The translations under genes were made by a program, and so were the position numbers. DNA of 55,198 nt from Candidatus Enterousia sp. (GTDB taxonomy: Bacteria > Pseudomonadota > Alphaproteobacteria > Rs-D84), in NCBI GenBank assembly GCA_045648885.1, contig JAZROV010000012.1:1-55198 (forward strand). Reading direction: 5' to 3'. Within the stretch, counting starts at the first letter, position 1, and every line of letters starts with the position of its first letter. Below the pieces are notes generated by a model. The model worked only from the letters and a program-made list of their open reading frames with translations, had not been told where the DNA came from and ran no database searches. This document shows, piece after piece, positions 45,980-54,112 of the stretch.

Positions 45980-46585
45980 TTACACTGAATATATCGTATC
46001 GCGCGCATGTGGGGTTCCGATATAGATAATCGTTCCATGTGGCGATAAAATAAAGTCTAATTCTCGCAATCTTTCGCGCAGGTTATCTCTTTTTTGCTGT
46101 GTGTTGCAAGTGTTTGGGACTTCGACGTCATCACATATCACTAAATCAGAGCGCATTCCTGTGATATTGCCAGAAATTCCCTGACAGATAACAGACGGTT
46201 CACGAATACCGATTGGACGTTTAATAGTTATTTTATGCGTACCCCACTCTTTTTTGACATCTGGTATTATGTCGGCGCACCACGGATGATTTTCCAGAAT
46301 ATTTTTTATATGCGAAACCATCCGCGATGCTAAATTCGATTCAGCAGACAAAATCAATATACGACTTTCTGGTCGAAAGCATAATACACAGGCTGCAAAA
46401 ATACCGACAACTGTTGATTTTCCTGAATGTCGAAAAGCGTTTAACAACCCACGATGCGGTTCATCATTTAATACTTCAATTAAAAACCGCATTATCTCTT
46501 GGTGATGTTTTGGTGTTGAAAACCCCAACAATCTGTTCCACGCGTCCAGAAAATCAAAGGCTTCCGTAATCGTCACTGTTTTCAT
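45980..46585 (-). CDS. Large terminase, N-terminal ATPase half (separate ORF)
   Basis: Walker A RHSGKST, Walker B DLVICDDVE, coupling motif IYIGTPHARD, then a stop after ..TIYSV. 201 aa. Confidence 0.75.
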   Translation of the reverse strand: MKTVTITEAFDFLDAWNRLLGFSTPKHHQEIMRFLIEVLNDEPHRGLLNAFRHSGKSTVVGIFAACVLCFRPESRILILSAESNLASRMVSHIKNILENHPWCADIIPDVKKEWGTHKITIKRPIGIREPSVICQGISGNITGMRSDLVICDDVEVPNTCNTQQKRDNLRERLRELDFILSPHGTIIYIGTPHARDTIYSV

Positions 46586-47102
46586 GATCTGCCGGTTCGG
46601 TTATAGAACCATAATCGTTTATCAATTTCGGCAATGCACCATCTAACACGTTCAACAGATTATAATACAAACCTAAGACGCCACCGCCGGAAAGTTTATC
46701 AGCGATTACATCCAACGTATAATCTATTTTAGTCAACAAATTATCGTGCACGTTTTCCCATCCAGCCAAATCGACATTCACACCCCATAAATCTTGCAAA
46801 GCCGCAAGCATAAAATTAAAATCTGAATTTAAATCTTCAGGATCTATTTTAACCGTCGGCTGGTAATCTATGACGCGGTCCAGCGAAATTTGGCGAAATA
46901 TATCGATATGTTTTCCAGACTCAGGGGCCGTATCAAATACCACTAAACCACCAACAAAATTACCATTTGGTGAAACAGCATATTGTGTTTCGTCCAACAA
47001 AGTATTATCAATTGCGACTTTGACATCTGCATTTTGAAAAAATGGAAAAGTGAACACAAACTCTGTGTCTGTGCCGTTGGCTGTGTATGAAATTTTATAC
47101 AT
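46554..47102 (-). CDS. T7 gp17-type tail-fibre N-terminal (tail-attachment) domain protein, no distal receptor-binding part
   Basis: YTANGTDTEFVFTFPFFQNADVKVAIDNTLLDETQYAV parallels the T7 fibre N-terminus (YQLDGSNRDFNIPFEYLARKFVVVTL..). Only 182 aa. Confidence 0.5.
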   Translation of the reverse strand: MYKISYTANGTDTEFVFTFPFFQNADVKVAIDNTLLDETQYAVSPNGNFVGGLVVFDTAPESGKHIDIFRQISLDRVIDYQPTVKIDPEDLNSDFNFMLAALQDLWGVNVDLAGWENVHDNLLTKIDYTLDVIADKLSGGGVLGLYYNLLNVLDGALPKLINDYGSITEPADHENSDDYGSL

Positions 47103-47111
47103 GATGTCCCC

Positions 47112-47459
47112 CTAGCCTGCTATTTTATCGATTTTTGACAACCACGATTTCAATAAATTTGGTCTTGTTGCTTTGGTATTTTGTATTTTTTGTAAATTAT
47201 TTTTGCGCTTGTCGTCATATGGCGCGCTGGTTTCATCGCGCAGACGTTTTAATACAGCCTGTTCAGAAAAACCGGTGCCTGAATTTCCTGTTGCACCGTA
47301 TTTAGCACGCTGGTTTGACAAAGCTTTTTTTATCAAATTTATTTTTGTTGCTTCATCTTGCGCCATTTCAGCCAAGATTTGTTGCCGCTGGTTTTCAGCC
47401 GTTTTTTTGGCATCTTTGTAATCTAAAACTTTTGTGACATCGGATACAAGTTGTCCCAT
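47112..47459 (-). CDS. Small Lys/Gln-rich virion-module protein
   Basis: 115 aa, helical and basic, lying between the nozzle-like and fibre-stub genes. Confidence 0.4.
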   Translation of the reverse strand: MGQLVSDVTKVLDYKDAKKTAENQRQQILAEMAQDEATKINLIKKALSNQRAKYGATGNSGTGFSEQAVLKRLRDETSAPYDDKRKNNLQKIQNTKATRPNLLKSWLSKIDKIAG

Positions 47460-47478
47460 AGAAAACTCCTTTGTTTTT

Positions 47479-49185
47479 TTATATTGAATATATGCCGTCC
47501 ACAGTCACAGACAACACGGTCATTGGTAATTGTTCGCTGCTGGAAATTGTCCATAACGGTTGCATAGTATCGCTTTGCGTTCCCAACAAATTGATAGACA
47601 AATCACCGCTGAAACCTGGGCTGTCGCTGGCATAGGCATAATTTGGTATCTCTACACGATATCCATTCACGAATAATGTCTTTGTATTTAACACCCGCAT
47701 AGATATTTTTCGCGCACGTAATTTTTTCGGTGAATGACCGTTAACTATCATTGGAAACGCGGATATTGTATAATCAAAATCATACGCACCTGCATCATTC
47801 AGACAATCTGAATCAAATTTTTCTAGATAATTTGTCGTGCCACGTTTTACGATGACATATGTATAATTATCCAAAACCGCAACATATTTAAACAAACCAT
47901 CTGTTTTATATGTCGCCCATGCAGAAATATTTTGATGCTTGTTCAACACTGCCATCACACCATCATTCATAACAATAAATAATTGATGAGAATTTTGGTT
48001 GTACGCCATACTGATTGGGTTGTTTATTAAATGTTTTGCAAATGGACATAAATCAACTGCATTGTAATGTTCGCTAAGCGCATCCAAATCTAATTCGCGA
48101 ATGTCTTTGCCAGATTGAGATACAAACACCGTTCGTGAATCTATGTTTTGTGGTGGCAGATATGCGCTGGAAAAACACCCAATACTTGTATGCTGTTTTA
48201 TATCAACATTTGACGGTGTCAACGGAGAATTCGAAATCGCCCATTCACCCTGACTTGTCAATATTTGTAATTTATCACTGCTGACCATTGTCCAAATTTG
48301 GTGGTGTTGAGCAGACAACAGTGTCACATATATTGCTTCGTCATCCAGACCAGTCCCTGCGCTGAAATTATCATGATTACCGACTTGCGACATCCAAATA
48401 TAATTTGGTGCAGATTTCGTAGCACCAAAAATCAATCGATTTTGATGGAACGAAACACAACTTGGCCATCCGCGTTTATCATTGAATACAGATTCATACC
48501 AATCATAAATCGGACTGCCGGGCACAGAATAATTACCGTTTATATGAACTGTGGCTACACGTGCATCTTGAACTGCTGCGACAACCCACTGTTTGTCATC
48601 AACATATAATTGTTCGCCAACCGCATCTTCGGTCCAAAAATCTGCACTGGTTGTGAATGTCGCATAATTATTACCCAAAGCGCTAGAAGTGATGGTAATA
48701 GATATTCCGGCGGCATCATCAAATTTCATAAACGGCATATTTATATCACCGTTTGATTTTACTGTGAAAGCAAATTGCGACAATGCGAAACCACTGGCGG
48801 TTTTAGTCAACACACGTGGTGAATAATCAGGATGCACAAAAAATATTTTATTAAAACGTTGGGCATACTGTAATTTAGACAAATCTGTTCCGGCCCATGG
48901 TGCATTTATTGTCGTGATTCTGGTATCATTACTGTAAATTTCCATTGATAAATTATATATCACCAACAAATATTTTTCTGTTTCTGATATCGGAAAAGGC
49001 ACCAATATTGCACCATTGGAAACATTTTTAATTTTTTGTAAACCACATCTGCGTTTTAAACCGCCAGATTCTAAAACATCTACATTTTCCAGTTTTGCCA
49101 GTCCATTATTATCATTTGTTGCATAAAATTCAGATGACATTTCACCACAGTTAAAAGAATTTTGTGTTTTAAGAAAATTTCCCAT
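47479..49185 (-). CDS. Tail tubular protein B / nozzle-like protein
   Basis: 568 aa. The N-terminus QNSFNCGEMSSEFYA....L.NVDVLESGGLKRRCG resembles the conserved start of podoviral nozzle proteins, and the remainder is beta-rich. It follows the adaptor-like gene. Confidence 0.45.
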   Translation of the reverse strand: MGNFLKTQNSFNCGEMSSEFYATNDNNGLAKLENVDVLESGGLKRRCGLQKIKNVSNGAILVPFPISETEKYLLVIYNLSMEIYSNDTRITTINAPWAGTDLSKLQYAQRFNKIFFVHPDYSPRVLTKTASGFALSQFAFTVKSNGDINMPFMKFDDAAGISITITSSALGNNYATFTTSADFWTEDAVGEQLYVDDKQWVVAAVQDARVATVHINGNYSVPGSPIYDWYESVFNDKRGWPSCVSFHQNRLIFGATKSAPNYIWMSQVGNHDNFSAGTGLDDEAIYVTLLSAQHHQIWTMVSSDKLQILTSQGEWAISNSPLTPSNVDIKQHTSIGCFSSAYLPPQNIDSRTVFVSQSGKDIRELDLDALSEHYNAVDLCPFAKHLINNPISMAYNQNSHQLFIVMNDGVMAVLNKHQNISAWATYKTDGLFKYVAVLDNYTYVIVKRGTTNYLEKFDSDCLNDAGAYDFDYTISAFPMIVNGHSPKKLRARKISMRVLNTKTLFVNGYRVEIPNYAYASDSPGFSGDLSINLLGTQSDTMQPLWTISSSEQLPMTVLSVTVDGIYSI

Positions 49186-49203
49186 GAATGTTCTCCCTGA
49201 ATT

Positions 49204-49722
49204 TTAAAATCTTGAATTTATCAAAGAAAAATCATCAATATTTGATTGATTTGATGTTGTGCTGTCTATAAATTTTGCTGATTGGAATTCTGATTCATAT
49301 AATGCAGTCATCATTTTGAAAACATTTGCATCACCAACCAATGGGATACAAAATTCCATTGCCAGTTTTGTTGCAACCAAACTTGCAAAATAACTTGGGA
49401 AACATTCGGTTTCAACACGCACGATTGCAGTAATATCTAATGAATCTGATTGAATGACTATTTTATTTCCTATGATTTTTCCTTCGCTTTTGATGATTCT
49501 TAAAACATCATTTGGAATTACAAAATCACCATCTGAATTTTTATTCAAAGTAATATTTTGCGTTGCAAAACGCCACGGGAACATAGACAACAATGTGTCC
49601 ACAACCGAATCAAACAAAGTTCTGGCTATTTGCGCAGACGCAGAATCTTCACGCAATGATTGAATTGGTTTTTCGCCCAATTTCAACAAAGCCATCGAAC
49701 ATAAATCTATTTTTGTAAACAT
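49204..49722 (-). CDS. Tail tubular protein A / adaptor-like protein
   Basis: 172 aa. The pattern IDLCSMALLKLGEKPIQSLREDSASAQIARTLFDSVVDTLLSMFPWRFA is recurrent in podoviral gp11-like adaptors. Confidence 0.45.
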   Translation of the reverse strand: MFTKIDLCSMALLKLGEKPIQSLREDSASAQIARTLFDSVVDTLLSMFPWRFATQNITLNKNSDGDFVIPNDVLRIIKSEGKIIGNKIVIQSDSLDITAIVRVETECFPSYFASLVATKLAMEFCIPLVGDANVFKMMTALYESEFQSAKFIDSTTSNQSNIDDFSLINSRF

Positions 49723-49792
49723 ATTTCGTCCCTTTTGATAGCAAAAAGGGCCGCATTACACGGCCCAATTACAAACATAAAACGTTGCGTTT

Positions 49793-50023
49793 TTAAGATA
49801 ACGCACCAACAGTAATCGAATCTGCAGCAACAGCCAATACTTTGATTGATGTGCCATTTGATCCGTTTATGATGATGATATCACCGCTGTTCATCAAAGA
49901 TTTTACATTGGCGAAATAGCCAGACGCTGTAATCGTTGCCAATGTTGCATTTTCTTTGTAATGCCACAACGTAAAACCGTTTGCGTACGCAATCACAGAC
50001 AAATTTTTATTTTGAAATGCCAT
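49793..50023 (-). CDS. Small protein downstream of capsid (possible decoration/cement protein)
   Basis: 76 aa, beta-rich, 35 nt after the capsid gene. Confidence 0.35.
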   Translation of the reverse strand: MAFQNKNLSVIAYANGFTLWHYKENATLATITASGYFANVKSLMNSGDIIIINGSNGTSIKVLAVAADSITVGALS

Positions 50024-50057
50024 TTGATTTTCCTTTTGGTTATGTTATGAATTTTTT

Positions 50058-50885
50058 TTAAGCGGCGTCATCATCGCATTTGATACGAACGATACCTTCT
50101 GCGTCAATCAAGACTGCGCCTTGAGACATGCTGTTGCTGATAAAGTGCGCAGCACGTTCACCATGCCATGTGATGTCTGTTTTTACTTCTTGACCACATG
50201 CGTGCCCAATGCTGGATGCATGATAGATAAAGCAATCACGGTCATCAGTGTTGGCTAATGGCAAAGAATTGCACAATATCCAATTGATGCCCAACCATTT
50301 TCTAGATTCACAACCATCGACTAATGGTGTTGCACCGCCGACATAATCAGCAGATACAAATTCGTTCATAGACATCAATTCATTCCATTGATGCACACCG
50401 ACTACTGCAAATCTGCGACCATCATCTGGAACATCGTTTTCATTTAATTTTTCCACAGCAGACATAATCAATGCTTTGGTTAAACCAGTTGAATAATCGC
50501 CAACATACTGTGTAGCATTATTCATTGCTGCGATAATCAATTCATCTGTTTTGCGTCCCAACGCGTATGCACCGGCCGACGCAACAACACGACGTTCATC
50601 AACATTGGTTTTCAATTCATCCAACGCATCAATCCAATCGCCTGCATAGTAATCTTGTAATGTGCATTCAACCGGAGTATGATTCAAATTCATCACTGGA
50701 ACAATACCATGACGCGATTTAGTGCTGGCGATACCTTTGCCAACTTTTTGGAAAGTTGTAGACATTCCAACGACCCCAGATTTGCTGCGAATCGTAGAAC
50801 GTAATTTTGTGCCCATTTGCTGATAAGCCAAATGAACATCTGCTTCAAATTGTTTGATAAACACTTGATCTACAGAAAGAGACAT
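50058..50885 (-). CDS. Major capsid protein
   Basis: 275 aa. VDQVFIKQFEADVHLAYQQMGTKLRSTIRSKSGVVGMSTTFQKVGKGIA..HG.VPVMNL.H..VECTL.DYYA matches a capsid family common in alphaproteobacterial podo-type prophages (from memory). Its position after the scaffold fits. Confidence 0.7.
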   Translation of the reverse strand: MSLSVDQVFIKQFEADVHLAYQQMGTKLRSTIRSKSGVVGMSTTFQKVGKGIASTKSRHGIVPVMNLNHTPVECTLQDYYAGDWIDALDELKTNVDERRVVASAGAYALGRKTDELIIAAMNNATQYVGDYSTGLTKALIMSAVEKLNENDVPDDGRRFAVVGVHQWNELMSMNEFVSADYVGGATPLVDGCESRKWLGINWILCNSLPLANTDDRDCFIYHASSIGHACGQEVKTDITWHGERAAHFISNSMSQGAVLIDAEGIVRIKCDDDAA

Positions 50886-51020
50886 AAAAAATCCTTTTTG
50901 TTTTTTTAATTAAAATAAACGCCTTGACCAGGCGACACCACATTTTGAAATGATGGTTATGCGAAAAATTCGCGCCATAAAAACAAAATAAAAAACGGGT
51001 CCAAAACGGATTATCCAATA

Positions 51021-51099
51021 AAAAATTCAGTCAGACATAAAATAATATCTGACTGAACAATTTATCAAAAAAGCCCCAAAATCCTACAATTCTGGGGCT
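51021..51099 (-). terminator. Two tandem rho-independent terminators after the H1-like gene
   Basis: On the minus strand: AGCCCCA..TGGGGCT followed by T6 (51067-51099), and TTCAGTCAGA..TCTGACTGAA followed by T5 (51021-51057). Confidence 0.7.
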
Positions 51100-51126
51100 A
51101 AAAATGAATATAATAAATATTATTTA

Positions 51127-51450
51127 TTATTTTCTTTTTGCAACTTTTTTTGCAGCTGGTTTTTTCGCAGCAACTTTTTTAGCAGCTGGTTTTTTAGCAA
51201 CTACTTTTTTTGCAACTGGTTTTTTTGCAGCTGGTTTTTTCGCAACTACTTTTTTAGCAGCTGGTTTTTTCGCAACTACTTTTTTTGCAACCGGTTTTTT
51301 AACCGCAACTTTTTTTGCAGGTGCTTTTTTAGCAACTGGTTTTTTCGCAGCTGGTTTTTTAACTGCAACTTTTTTCACTGGTGCTTTTTTCGCAGCTGGT
51401 TTCGCAGCAGCTTTTGCGCAACCACATTTTTTCTTAGAACCAAAGAACAT
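51127..51450 (-). CDS. Histone H1-like Lys/Ala-rich repeat protein (Hc1/AlgP/BpH1-like nucleoid protein)
   Basis: 107 aa made of AKKPA/AKKVV pentapeptide repeats. It has a strong RBS (AAGGAGAG), a putative own promoter (TTGAAT..TAGAAT, approx 51490-51520) and a double terminator. Confidence 0.75.
   Translation of the reverse strand: MFFGSKKKCGCAKAAAKPAAKKAPVKKVAVKKPAAKKPVAKKAPAKKVAVKKPVAKKVVAKKPAAKKVVAKKPAAKKPVAKKVVAKKPAAKKVAAKKPAAKKVAKRK
51140..51420. repeat. Imperfect ~15-nt (5-codon) tandem repeat inside the H1-like gene
   Basis: gcagctggttttttc / gcaactactttttt units are reiterated about 18 times on the plus strand. Confidence 0.8.
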
Positions 51451-51556
51451 AATTCTCTCCTTTTAAGTTTTTGGATAGAACAAAATTATTTTGTTCATGA
51501 TTCTATTTTATATGAATTGAATTCAATAGTCCAGAATAAAAGTTAAAAAATATATT

Positions 51557-52213
51557 TTATGAATATAATTTTTTAAAACCGTTTTCAATTTTACGAACAT
51601 ATTCTGGATCTTGGTCGCGCCAATATTTTGGATCGCGCATCATGTTACGCAAATCATCATCAGATAAATTTTCAGCAACATTTTTATCGGTTAAAACTTC
51701 TGGTTCAAACGATTGCATCATCTTGTACACGCCTTGGATTCCCTGGGGTGTAGAGCATAATTCATCAAACGCATCGGCGGGTAAAAATTTTTCACCGAAC
51801 GCTTTTATTTCACGCAAAGCATCATTCATTTTTTGTGTTGAACCGAAAAATTTTTTTAATTCATTCATTGCATTTGTTTCGTTTTGCAAATCGAATAAAT
51901 TTTTTATTGTTGGTTGTAAAATTTTTTCTGCGATGTCATAAATTTTTTCAACTTGTTTATTTGTTAAACCAATTTCGTGAAATTGATTACGAACCGATTC
52001 GTCATCGAACAAAGCATTTGTTGGATATTCCGACGCATCATCTGGAACACCGATTGCATGATTAAATTTTTGTTTTGTTGCATCATCACTATCATCGTTC
52101 GGCACAGAAATCATAGACCCCATCTTTTTTTCCAATTCACAATATGATTTGACCAGGGCTTGTGTATTTAATTCGCCATTTTCATCAAGAAATTTTTCAG
52201 GGACATTATCCAT
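51557..52213 (-). CDS. Capsid scaffolding protein
   Basis: 218 aa, acidic and helical. The N-terminus PEKFLDENGELNTQALVKSYCELEKKMG is typical of podoviral scaffold proteins. Confidence 0.5.
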   Translation of the reverse strand: MDNVPEKFLDENGELNTQALVKSYCELEKKMGSMISVPNDDSDDATKQKFNHAIGVPDDASEYPTNALFDDESVRNQFHEIGLTNKQVEKIYDIAEKILQPTIKNLFDLQNETNAMNELKKFFGSTQKMNDALREIKAFGEKFLPADAFDELCSTPQGIQGVYKMMQSFEPEVLTDKNVAENLSDDDLRNMMRDPKYWRDQDPEYVRKIENGFKKLYS

Positions 52214-52427
52214 TCTTTTTTCCTTTGGTTGAAGATTCTTGTTTCAAAAAATAAATTCCGCCCAACGTGAACACAGTTTGCAAAACAGAAAACAAATCTT
52301 GTTCACCGATTAAATACGCCCCGACAGCAGAAACAATACCGACGCTGGCGATTACATAGGTTTTACGACCTGATAAATATCCACCTTTGATAAATTTGTT
52401 CATGATTTTTTCCTTTGTTTGCGTCAA
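52206..52427 (-). CDS. Holin-like small membrane protein
   Basis: 73 aa with two TM helices and a charged C-terminus (KQESSTKGKKNG). It overlaps the hydrolase gene by 4 nt. Confidence 0.45.
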   Translation of the reverse strand: MTQTKEKIMNKFIKGGYLSGRKTYVIASVGIVSAVGAYLIGEQDLFSVLQTVFTLGGIYFLKQESSTKGKKNG

Positions 52428-52834
52428 AGATAAAACAGCATATCATCAATTTCTGCAATATAACCGCGCGCCACGGCCCATTGTGGCAAAACATTCGCAT
52501 GATGAAATTTTGTTGCGCCGAACACAGAATCTTTTAAATTACCGCGAATCATTTTTTGCACAACGCGCAGACACATTTGAAATTTTCTGTCATTCGCAGG
52601 AACATTTATATATTCATGGCGCGGCGAATTTTTATCCAGCACATCAAAAACAGTATTATCATTTATGATATCTTCGAACGATTTATCGAATTTCATATGA
52701 ATGTTGTAAATGACGGACGCCATAGCTTCCACGACTGGCAACGAATGTGCAAATGTTTCTGCATAAATAATTCGTGCGATTTTATATGGCACGCGTTGCG
52801 AATCATCTTTATTTTCAATCAAAGTTATTTGCAT
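52424..52834 (-). CDS. Cell-wall hydrolase (SleB/Hydrolase_2-like)
   Basis: 136 aa. ARIIYAET......EAMASVIYN and ..ATKFHHANVLPQWA resemble the cell wall hydrolase family pattern (A..I.GEA...........V..N...; ..FH....P.W). Confidence 0.55.
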   Translation of the reverse strand: MQITLIENKDDSQRVPYKIARIIYAETFAHSLPVVEAMASVIYNIHMKFDKSFEDIINDNTVFDVLDKNSPRHEYINVPANDRKFQMCLRVVQKMIRGNLKDSVFGATKFHHANVLPQWAVARGYIAEIDDMLFYL

Positions 52835-52865
52835 GTTTGACCTGTTGTTTTTTTATTAAAAAAAA

Positions 52866-52938
52866 CACCCACAAAAATGTGGGTGTGATGAAAGGCCAAG
52901 AATAAAAAAATCCGCACACTTGGCGGACAAATTCTTCA
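52866..52938 (-). terminator. Two minus-strand terminator hairpins between birA and the phage-derived cluster
   Basis: On the minus strand: TCCGC..GCGGA followed by T7 (52914-52938), and CACCCAC-attttt-GTGGGTG followed by T8+ (52866-52895). Confidence 0.55.
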
Positions 52939-52987
52939 TTCTTGATGTTTCACATTATATCACAAATTGACATGAAAGTCAAGATGT

Positions 52988-53668
52988 TTACACAACGATT
53001 TCATCACCATAAACAAAAATATCACGTTCGCCGTCATTCAAAATCAATGCGCCGTCATCGTTAAGCCCAACAAATCTCAGCATTACACCGCGATATTTAA
53101 TTTTCTGATTTATTCCGATTGCTAATTCCAGAAATCTTGCGCGCACGCTTTCAAAATTTTTATTACGCCAAACATCTATATTTTTTATCAACTCTTTTAA
53201 TAAATCAGGAATCGTCACATTAATATAATTATTAATTTTCGTAGTTTGATATTCAGACACAATTGGTGCGTCATTTACATTTATACCAATACCGACAACG
53301 ACAAAATCTTTTGCGTATTCGATTAAAATGCCACAGATTTTTTTACCGTCTATTAAAATATCATTTGGCCATTTAATTTTCGGCGTCATACCGAAATGAA
53401 TCAAAGTCTCAGCCACTGCCACCGCCACAGCATAAGACAATTTTGAATCAGGCTGATGAATTTTATAAATGAAACTGGTGTATAAATTACCGCTGTGCGA
53501 AATCCATTTGCGTTTATATCTGCCACGTCCGCCAGTTTGTACAGTTGCTATAACGACCGTTTTATCACTTGCACGATTTTCATCAATCATATCCAACGCA
53601 AAATCTTGGGTACTGGTTATTTTATCCAAAGAAATCAGTTTATAAGTTTCCAATTTTATATTTTCCAT
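52988..53668 (-). CDS. birA: Biotin--[acetyl-CoA-carboxylase] ligase (no N-terminal HTH)
   Basis: GGRGRYKRKWISHSGNLYTS (GRGR.GR.W motif) and KWPNDIL..GKKICGILIE. The start is set at MENIKLETY. Confidence 0.88.
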   Translation of the reverse strand: MENIKLETYKLISLDKITSTQDFALDMIDENRASDKTVVIATVQTGGRGRYKRKWISHSGNLYTSFIYKIHQPDSKLSYAVAVAVAETLIHFGMTPKIKWPNDILIDGKKICGILIEYAKDFVVVGIGINVNDAPIVSEYQTTKINNYINVTIPDLLKELIKNIDVWRNKNFESVRARFLELAIGINQKIKYRGVMLRFVGLNDDGALILNDGERDIFVYGDEIVV

Positions 53669-54086
53669 TGATATTTTGTATAAAATCGCGACCATAAACT
53701 TTGCGCAATTGATATACAGCATTTTCCACTGCATGGGTTGAAACATCCGGCAGTATCCCCAGCATTTTTTTCAAATCGCGCATAGTAATATTCGGGTTTT
53801 TATCAAGACAGACAACAAGCCTGTGTTGCAGATTTGGCAGAACGACATCACGACCGAAAACCCGTTGAATAATATCGCGATTTTCAATTTTATCCAAAAT
53901 GACGCGTTTCAAATCAGTCAACGAAATGGGTGCATCCAAATTGAGATTATCGAAAACGACATCTGCATCTTTTGGGGTGTCAGAAATAATCGCGCCCAAA
54001 TCAGTAAAGATATGCGTCCAATATTTATCCGTCGTGTAAACTTTTATGTTGCTTAGCATAATTTCACAATAGCCCACAAAAGCCAT
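53640..54086 (-). CDS. Small protein with OmpR/PhoB-type winged-helix-like C-terminus
   Basis: LQHRLVVCLDKNPNITMRDLKKMLGILPDVSTHAVENAVYQLRKVYGRDFIQNINGKYKI resembles a trans_reg_C domain. The N-terminal ~70 aa is too short for a receiver domain. Confidence 0.4.
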   Translation of the reverse strand: MAFVGYCEIMLSNIKVYTTDKYWTHIFTDLGAIISDTPKDADVVFDNLNLDAPISLTDLKRVILDKIENRDIIQRVFGRDVVLPNLQHRLVVCLDKNPNITMRDLKKMLGILPDVSTHAVENAVYQLRKVYGRDFIQNINGKYKIGNL

Positions 54087-54112
54087 TTGTGCAACATTTT
54101 ATTATGCTACGA

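Larger units (their letters stand above)
40080..52834 (-). mobile_element. Phage-derived podovirus-type head-tail-lysis cluster (candidate domesticated/GTA-like element or prophage remnant), interrupted by a plus-strand dnaB block
   Basis: All the structural genes in this span are co-oriented on the minus strand. No integrase, replication genes or att repeats are seen, and housekeeping genes lie on both sides. Confidence 0.75.

Noticed and set aside
51104-51466. Plus-strand 120-aa Phe/Ala/Thr/Gly-rich repeat ORF antisense to the H1-like gene.
   Set aside because: It is the mirror image of the Lys/Ala repeat. The minus-strand reading has a strong RBS, a promoter-like element, two downstream terminators and the orientation of all neighbours. 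The plus-strand ORF has none of these.
40080-52834. Interpretation as an ordinary intact, inducible prophage.
   Set aside because: No integrase or excisionase, replication module, small terminase, ejection proteins, complete fibre or att repeats are visible. The terminase gene is split, and host-type genes (dnaB, H1-like) sit inside. A decaying remnant cannot be excluded, but every structural ORF is intact.
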